The notes beneath the pieces were generated by a model, which saw only the letters and a program-made list of their open reading frames with translations, ran no database searches and was not told the origin of the DNA. From Eledone cirrhosa (Eukaryota): a stretch of DNA of 64,000 nt. The position numbers and the translations under genes are program-made. The stretch spans positions 10,726,001 through 10,790,000 of the forward strand of contig OZ024740.1 in assembly GCA_964016885.1 (NCBI GenBank), given 5' to 3'. Shown one piece after another: positions 54,915-64,000 of this stretch; position 1 is the first letter of the stretch; every line of letters starts with the position of its first letter.

Positions 54915-56394
54915 TTTATCTAGTCCTTCGCTCAAGATTAATCTATAAGTTTAGATGTCTGCCTTCGTTTAAGTAAATATTACAGTAAGATTTTTAATAT
55001 AAACAACTACAAAAAACAATTAATATTAAAACGAAAAAATTATCAATGATAAAAGAAGCGGATGCAACTTTTTTTTTTATAAAGTTATATTCCTGTTTCT
55101 TTAAAGAACATTTCATTTTTGTTCTATTGTAGGCGAAATAATGCAATGGTTTAATAGGGAAGATATAACTTACCAATAATGTCTCTAACCGTGTAACGCT
55201 TTTTAAGTAGATAACTACAATTGAAAATACTAAAAAAATGGAACCAACAATTCAATTTGAAAGTCGTCTACTTATAGTGACAGTGTATTACTGGTACTTT
55301 ATTTTATCGACCCCGTAACGATGAAATGCAAATGCTTAAAATTTAAATTGCCTTAATTCTATCGTCTGCTGTTTCATTAAAGGGAGATTCTCGTCTGTAT
55401 TTAATTCTATCGTCTACTGTTCCACTAAACAGATATACCTCCACTATCGTCTCTATTTATACATTTTAACTTATAACTTATACACATTTGATTTGAAATA
55501 TTTTATCTAGTCCCCCCTCTCAATATTATGATGATTTCTTTCGAATGAAACAGTTCTAATCCTGTAGAAGCCATTTATATATATAATTGAACTGAGTTAA
55601 ACATTCACAATATTTATAATTAAATAAGCTCATATATATATGTGTGTATTTATCTGTTTATTGTATTATATATAATGTGTGTATATACAGGATGTCCCCC
55701 AAAAATATATACACACTTCAACAGCATTCTAATAACTATTGCCTGTACAGGTAAAGTGTCAATCGAATGTTAGTTTCGTGTTTTAACAGTACAAATTTAC
55801 AATACACACATAAAACCAGTGTATATACATACATGAGTGTGTATACACATACATGAATGTGTATATACAATATATATGTATATATATATAGACACATATA
55901 TTCACGGTGCAACGGAACATTAAAATATAGATGCGGGAGGGGGGGTGTATATATAGGGGCGCTGGGGATAAAGGAGTGTAAAGCGTGTGTAATTGATATA
56001 TTGAAGGAGAGGAGCGTGCAGCGATAGAGTAACAAATATATAGAGAGGGGGAGAGATGGTATTGAAGGGGAGGAGTGCAAAGCGAAAGAGTAAGAGATAT
56101 ATATATAGAGACGGAACAGATAGAGAGAAACAGGCGTAAGTAACAGTGGAAGAGATATATAGAGAGGGGGAAATGTGTTATTGAAGGGGAGGAGTGTAAA
56201 GCGTAAGATATATATAGAGAGAGGGGGAATAGTATATATATATATATCAACACTTACTCTGATTGGTTGAAAATTAGCCAATGACATACGATCACCACCA
56301 CGGCTATCCCGGGAAAATTTATGAAGATGTTAGGCATATATGTTAGAACACGAAAAGTGAACATTCTGTTGTTTCACACTTTTCGTGTTCTAAC

Positions 56395-56439
<45 letters not shown>

Positions 56440-56521
56440 CACACACATATACATATATATATATATATATACACGTACATACATTACATATATATACACA
56501 CAAACACATATATATATATAC

Positions 56522-56560
<39 letters not shown>

Positions 56561-56734
56561 AATGAGTAGGACCCCGACGGCTGAGCTCAAGCCGTTTCGA
56601 CAGCTAATTCTGGACTGCTAATTCCAGAATTAGCCGTCGAAACGGCTTGAGCTCAGCCGTCGGGGTCCTACTCGTTCCTATTACTCACTCTACTACCCTA
56701 AGTATTGAGTACTTTGGTGCGTTATGGTCCTTCG

Positions 56735-57183
<449 letters not shown>

Positions 57184-57421
57184 ATTCATACACATATACA
57201 TATACACACACACACATATATACACACATTTACACACATATACACATATATACATACACACATATATATAAATATATATACACGTACATATATATACATA
57301 CATACACATATATATACATACATACACATATATACATACATATACATACACATACACACATATACATATATATATATACATACATACACATACATACATA
57401 TACACACATACACACATATAC

Positions 57422-57486
<65 letters not shown>

Positions 57487-57699
57487 TATAAACACATAAA
57501 AATACACAAAGGGGAAAATTTAAGGAAACAATCAAGATATGAAAAAACCACCAAATAACAAATTAAAATTAAGTAACATAAAATACAAGTCGAGAAAAGT
57601 AAAGTATAAGTTATAAGTTTGGAATGTAACAAAATGAAGGTAGGGTTGGGATGAGAGGGGGGCGGCGGGCGGGCGGGGAGTGTGTTTAATGTTTAATGT

Positions 57700-58327
57700 C
57701 GATTCCGTTGTCATATGGGATCATCGTTCAGGGGGGAGAACTGGTCTATATGACTTGTAAGTTGCATAGTTTTTGTGCATGCAGTTCGGGCAGTGTTCTG
57801 AGAGTCTATTGAGTAAGGTTCTTGGCAAATAGTATTTTGTAACTCTCGGAAATACAAAGGTCACAACAATTATGGCCTTCTGTGTAAGACCGCGCTCTCT
57901 GGAGTAGTTTCCATTTGAGCGTAAAGAGGATGGAGTTCCTTTTTAGGTCCCAGAAATGGGGAGGGGGAGCGAGTGTAGTTTGGTTGGACTTTTCCGGGTG
58001 TCAAAAAGAATGGGTGTGTGCATACCAACGGGTCTTAAAGTTGTTGGAGGTCATCCCGATACACGTCTTTCTCTCTTCATTAGGGCCTGAGATGACATCA
58101 CATTTGTATACAATTCCAACTCGCCACTAAACTTCTTTCTCTAAATAAATTTTGTTTTTTCTAGAGAATCCCCATCCTTTAATCCCACCATGACCTCTAA
58201 CACCCCCCCCCCCAAATCACTACCTTTCCCTTACCATGACAAAATGTATAAATATCAGAAAATTACATTGACAGTCGGCTTTCTAATGATTTCCTCCGAA
58301 TGAAACAGTTCTAGTCCTGTAGAAGCC

Positions 58328-58332
<5 letters not shown>
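57700..58332. mobile_element. PLE family 2 relative: inverted GIY-YIG fragment (-) joined to a pLTR end (+) with a mutated HHR
   Basis: Minus strand IVYKCDVISG..TCIGMTSNNFKTRWYAHTHSF; HHR at 58277-58327 with CTAATGA core. Confidence 0.75.
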
Positions 58333-58370
<38 letters not shown>

Positions 58371-58584
58371 AGCTGCACCTCCACCCAGTAAGGGAATGAG
58401 GTCTGGGATCTTGTGGACCGATGCCTCCTTTACCCGGAAACTTGACTTCAAAAATTTCCCATGTTTGCTTAACAGAATCTGTTCTCACATATACTTCCGC
58501 AGTCTCCACTCTCTTGTATTGAGTTCTTCATCTTACAGAAAAGGCCTGAGATGTTCACTCAATTGAATCCGACAACCAACTTAT

Positions 58585-58895
58585 GCAGTGTGGTTGTTGT
58601 GAGGATGTGATGGTATTGTGATGATGTGATGAGGGTGTGGTGGGGTTGTTGTGAGAGTGTGGTGAGGGTGTGGGGAGGATGCTGTGAGGATGTTGTGAGG
58701 ATGTTATGAGGGTGTTGCGAGGGTGTTGTGAGGGTGTGGTGAGGTTGTTGCGAGGGTGTTGTGAGGATCTGGTGAGGTTGTTGTGAGGGTGTTGCGAGGG
58801 TGTTGTGAGGGTGTGGTGAGGTTGTTGCGAGGGTGTTGTGAGGGTGTGGTGAGGTTGTTGCGAGGGTGTTGTGAGGATGTGGTGAGGTTGTTGTA
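58585..58895. repeat. 11-bp GT-rich minisatellite with 33-bp period
   Basis: GTGAGGGTGTT / GCGAGGGTGTT / GTGAGGTTGTT units. Confidence 0.85.
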
Positions 58896-58904
58896 AGGAT
58901 TTAA

Positions 58905-59160
58905 GGTGTTCATGCTAATGAAAGAGCACCCAGTCAACTCTGTAAAGTGGTCGTCTTGGTACCATGATAAAAAGCACTCAATCCACACTGTATATGTGGT
59001 TGACATTAGGAAGAGTATTCAGCCATTGAAACCAAACCAGAAACAGTTCTGTATGAGTAAGACATGGTCACCTGATCTGGCTTGTCTCATAACGGGACAA
59101 CCCGTCTAACCCATGCTATCATGGAAAAATGGATGTTAAACGGTGATAACGATGATGATG
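58905..59160 (+). mobile_element. Old SINE/RTE 3'-tail remnant
   Basis: Diverged match to the RTE 3' UTR, ending in (GAT)n. Confidence 0.6.
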
Positions 59161-59446
59161 GTGCAGTAGAAGACCTGCTTGAACTTTCATCGATCAACCC
59201 TCAGACGATACAAACCTCAGTAAGGGGCAGGTCCCAGGAGGGATGGAAAATGGTGAATTATGGACAGACTTTGTCAGGAATGTTTGACTGTATTCACAAT
59301 GATGATGATGATGATATATATGTTTACATGCAAGGTTGCAGTACAATGAATGCATTGGTTGTTGTAGAAGGTTGCAGTGTGGGGAAGTTAGAGGCAGGGG
59401 GCGAAAGAGGGAGCTAGAGAGAGAGGTAGAGAGAAAGAGAGAGAAT

Positions 59447-59487
<41 letters not shown>

Positions 59488-60372
59488 CTAGAAAGAAAGA
59501 GAGAGAGAATGTTTAGTAGTCTGGCAGTGGTTAGACAGGCTGTTTTAAAACAATGTTTACCACCAGATGTCCTTCATGGTGCCTCCTACATTCAGTGATA
59601 GGGTGTACTTATTCTAAAAAGAGGCCCCCGAATCCAAGTATAAGGCAGACATAAAATGAGGTGTTATTTTTAAAGAAAAGTAAAATGGGTGTTTGCAAAA
59701 AAGAAAAATTATTGTTTAGACTAGACAAAAGTAGGGTGTGATATATATCTTCACAGCAATAGCTTAGGGGCTTTGAAGCTTAGGCAATTCCCTTAGTACA
59801 GACATATACAGGTACACACACCCACCCACACTTAGCACGGGTAATTTTACTATATATACTAAATTGACAATTTATCTTGACTATATATGTTATATTACAC
59901 TTAAACTTTTTCATAAAAGCCTCCTTATGTTAATTGTCACCTTCTCCCTATATCACTTACACACACTCTCTCTGTCAATCCCTCTTTTTTTTTTTATTCT
60001 CCCACACTCTCTCTCTGTTTTACTCTCTCTGTCACTCTCTATCTCTCTTTCATTCCCACACACTCTCTCCCTTTTTAATCTCTATGTCTGTGTGGATGAT
60101 GTTTGTTCTTGAAAAAACATATTTCGTGGCAATTTCGAGCATGCCTGACCAGCCTGATTTACGCGTGACCTCAGCGCTGACATTTCCATCTGACGGGATG
60201 GTAGTAGTACATTAAAGGCTTGTGCCCCCACACCAGATGGTAATATGTAGACCTAATAATCAACACTTGAGGGCGGCCGACGGAGCTAGAAGCTGCTAAA
60301 TTGCCAGCCCCTCCTGTCTCTGATTTAAACACCATGGTTTTTTATCTGTTTTATTCCTTCGTTATATTTTGA

Positions 60373-60434
60373 ATTACCTGATGATGTCACCGGATTCATA
60401 CAGAACCCGGTCATTGAAATGATCATAGTATAAT
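60373..60434 (+). ncRNA. Type-I hammerhead with palindromic stem III
   Basis: ATTAC-CTGATGA-..ACCGG..CCGGT..-GAAA-TGATCA-TA-GTATAAT; stem I is short and bulged. Confidence 0.7.
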
Positions 60435-60620
60435 AAACCTTTCAAGAATTTACACCAGTCCAGCCTCCTGTTATTTTGTAATAATTAACTCCGTACTCGC
60501 ACCACCAACTACACAAACGAAGACGGGTGAGTTGCATTACGTTGAGTACTTTCCATAATATTACATCGAGGTTGACCACACAGAATGACCAGTTCTATCC
60601 AGTGGTGAACCAACAAACCC

Positions 60621-60695
<75 letters not shown>

Positions 60696-60886
60696 TACCA
60701 AAATATACGGTAGTGTCCAATCCGTATGAAGAACTCAATGTAATCCAAATATAGAAGATATCATGAAAAGAGAAAATGCATTCAAAAATTTACGATAAAA
60801 GTCATATGAAAACAGAGTCAAGATAAATTAATAAAAACAATGAAATAAAAACAAAGAACAAGTTCCTTATATTAAAAAATTAATCA

Positions 60887-61013
60887 TTTTACGATCGTTT
60901 CTGGGATGTATATGTGTGTTGGTATGTATATCGTGTTTAAGATCTATGTAAAAATATTACAAATTATCAGAGGAAATATACATACCTTCACATATACATG
61001 CCGTCCTCAGAAA
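60887..61013 (-). ncRNA. Type-I hammerhead with ~100-nt extended stem II, in a 370-bp palindrome
   Basis: Minus strand TTT-CTGAGGA-long hairpin-GAAA-CGATCG-TA-AAA. Confidence 0.65.
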
Positions 61014-61189
61014 CGGCATGTATATGTGAAGGTATGTATATTTCCTCTGATAATTTGTAATATTTTTACATAGATCTTAAACATGATATACATACCAACA
61101 CACATATACATCCCAGAAACGATCGTAAAATGATGAATTTTTTAAATATAAGGAACTTGTTTTTTGTTTTTATTTCATTGTTTTTATTA

Positions 61190-61224
<35 letters not shown>

Positions 61225-61253
61225 GTTATATAATAAACAACATAAGATAATTA

Positions 61254-61317
61254 ATTCATTTACCAGTGGTTTCTTGAAGACAGATATTTATATCTGTCTT
61301 CAGTCGTCAGAAAGAAT
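61254..61317 (-). ncRNA. Type-I hammerhead (left arm of palindrome)
   Basis: Mirror of 61326-61389. Confidence 0.8.
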
Positions 61318-61325
61318 AACATGTT

Positions 61326-61389
61326 ATTCTTTCTGACGACTGAAGACAGATATAAATATCTGTCTTCAAGAAACCACTGGTAAATGAAT
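61326..61389 (+). ncRNA. Type-I hammerhead (right arm of palindrome)
   Basis: ATTCTTT-CTGACGA-C TGAAGACAGATA taaa TATCTGTCTTCA A-GAAA-CC act GG-TA-AATGAAT. Confidence 0.8.
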
Positions 61390-61475
61390 TATTTTATGTT
61401 GTTTATTACATAACTAAAAAGCTCCGTAGCCTACATAAAGCACTCTCTTTTCCTTTACCTTTCCTACGGAAATAC

Positions 61476-61529
<54 letters not shown>

Positions 61530-62775
61530 GATCAGACACATTAAATATATTAAGTAGAAAAACTTCAATCCGATGACAATATCTTCACAATTTACCGCCA
61601 GGTTCACATTTTAGGATGTCAATATCTAAAATCAATAAGCTAAGGAAATATATCCTACAACATCAATTCATACAAAACCTATGCAAAAAAATCGAACAAT
61701 GAGTCAGTAAGTGAACTTGGTTTTAATACCGACAGATTTGATTTTGAATTTATTTTTGCTCATTTTAAAATGTATTTTCTTTGTTGCTGTCACTGTTTAC
61801 CGCTTTGCTATTGAGGACAAAGTCTTTTAGTGTTTACATTGTTCAGTCTTTGGCATATATTTTACAAAATATCACAAGCAGAATCGTAGCAACATAAATG
61901 CTGTTGACTGGCAGTGAGAAAATTTAGAGGCAGTGAAATAATTCGTTTACTAAATTGAAAGATTTTCGAAAAAAATGTTTTCAGTTTTGGGGGGTTCCTC
62001 GTGCACAAAAAAAAACGCAACAAAGTTAGCTTGGTGCAAGTAATTGAAAAGTTGGAATTGAAAAGTTATACATACAGGTATTAAATTCAAAAAATCTAAC
62101 CATCCTAAAACTAAAAAGCCAAGTTGAGGGCACAAATAAATTGCTATGGCCGTCGCTCACACACACACACACTGCAGGGGACCCAGGGTAATTGCCCTCT
62201 CTGTTCCCAATTGAATCCTACCCTGCTTACAATAACGAGGGACATATTTTAGTGCTGGAGAGAAACGTTGGTAAATAAAAAGAGAGGACGATTAGGTCTA
62301 AAACATCTATGACCATAACTTGGTTATCGGGATTTACTTGCAGCTAAGCAATAACAAAAAATAAAACCAATGTATTAGTATGTATTAATCTGACGTAAGT
62401 GGTTTGCCTAAGAACCACTAGTAATGTCACGAAAACCTCCATTCGGGAAGAGAAATATACCCTTGATGGTACTAGCTTTATAATTAACTACAAGTGTGTA
62501 GGGATCTTATGCAGCTAAACGACTTTTATAGAATGGTCACTGTTGGACTAAAGAAATGCCAAGTAAAGGCCAACAATTACCTCAGTGCTTTACTGGTACT
62601 TTATTTTATCGACCTCGTAATGAGGAGTTGATACAAAAAAACTACAAATCTTTAACAAAAGGGAGACAACTAATACAGAACAGAAAGGAAAAGGAAAGGA
62701 AGTTATACTAGAAAATGAAAACAGAAGAAACAATACTAAAAATAGTGAATATGTTAAAATCTAAGCTAAACATCT

Positions 62776-62915
62776 AAACACAGGTGTTGAGAATGCCATG
62801 ATAAAACGGGTGTTGAGAATGCCATGATAAAACACAGGTGTTGAGAATGCCATGATAAAACACAGGTGTTGAGAACGCCATGATAAAACACAGGTGTTGA
62901 GAACGCCATGATAAA
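62776..62915. repeat. 28-bp tandem repeat x5
   Basis: CACAGGTGTTGAGAA(T/C)GCCATGATAAAA units. Confidence 0.9.
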
Positions 62916-63099
62916 ACTGTCACAATCTTGTATATAGCCAATACGAGAAAAATATCAATTGGAAGGACATAGACAAAAAAATTCATAACACCAGCTAAGA
63001 AGTGTTGGACTCATAGCTGAGACTGAAGGACTTTTAATTGCTGCACTCCAAAGCTATTCTACCAGAAACCACCAAAACAGATGATGAAACACAACCGGT

Positions 63100-63470
63100 C
63101 GACGTCGAAACCCCAGACGTAGTTGGACACCATACAGTCGAGCTCCTCCGTAAGATTGGAATGTCGAGGGCCCGTCTGAGGAAGAAGCCTCATGCGGTGG
63201 GGCGGCTGTTGCAGCGGGTGTCACTGGCTATTGTCCGCGGGAATGCTACTGAGGTCTTGTCCGCTGGGCGCAGATCCTTTACCGCCGCGCCCTAGACCCA
63301 GAGCTCAATTACCCCCACCCCACCCCTTCCTCTGTAACATTTCCTCCCTTTTCGTTTTTTTTTCCTTTTCTTTATATTTTCCTATTTTACATCCCATTCT
63401 TTCTTCTCAATCTATATTGTCTTTTTTTCTTTTTCAATTAAACCGTATTTACATGATATATTCCATAAAT
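63100..63470 (+). mobile_element. 3' fragment of CRE-like non-LTR element
   Basis: RLLQRVSLAIVRGNA, stop at 63295, T-rich 3' UTR; homologous to 15468-15730. Confidence 0.6.
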
Positions 63471-64000
63471 AAATTATTATCCAATACACTTAGTCAATTC
63501 AGAATATATGGAGATCACCTCTGGTCACCCAGTCTTAATCAAGGAAGCATATATCCACAGACATGGCAGAGTTTAGGTTTACATACATTAGAAGATATGC
63601 TTGCATCATGAAATTGTAACAGAAAAAACGTTGTACTGACACAAGAAAACGTATCAGAGAATGACAAAACAACCTGTCTCTGGAACAATATACAATAAAC
63701 AATATAAAACTGTTATTCTATTATGTGTTTCCAGCCGATGTTACACTTTGTAGAGCCAGCCTTCCCTGGTTGGCCATTGATGCAAGAGGGAGTTTGTTGC
63801 TCTTATTTGTGCTTCACCTTTTGCTGTGCGTTCATCTGGGATCTTAGTTAGTAGAATGTCGAGATATTTCTTGAAAACATCTACAAGCACATCATGTAGA
63901 TCTCTCAGATTTTTTAGGCAGCTTATTAAAAAGCTGGGGTCGCTTGAACCCCAGGCTATTGCAGTATGTGGTCTTTATTCTCGATGCGACGGATGATACT

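Overview
Eukaryotic, very repeat-rich window. A cephalopod (Octopus-like) origin is inferred from the dense (TA)n/(CA)n tracts, Meta-type SINEs and RTE LINEs; this is not proven. It opens with a 10.8-kb 22-bp satellite with higher-order structure that runs straight into a Penelope-like element (PLE). Four short exons of a host ketohexokinase (KHK)-like gene lie at 16024-28176; these are missed by the ORF track. The rest is nested transposons: five RTE LINE copies (one with an intact 1061-aa ORF, carrying a PHD-like finger inside the RT), two PLE families, a decayed Gypsy, CR1-like and CRE-like fragments, SINEs and MITEs. The most striking signal is about 14 type-I hammerhead ribozyme (HHR) motifs from at least 7 sequence families. 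Some sit in PLE pseudo-LTRs. Several sit in short, ORF-less palindromic inserts in (TA)n tracts that fold back at the ribozyme, including non-canonical cores (U3:A8, A4) and one with a ~100-nt stem II. All structures were read by eye; nothing was computed or searched.
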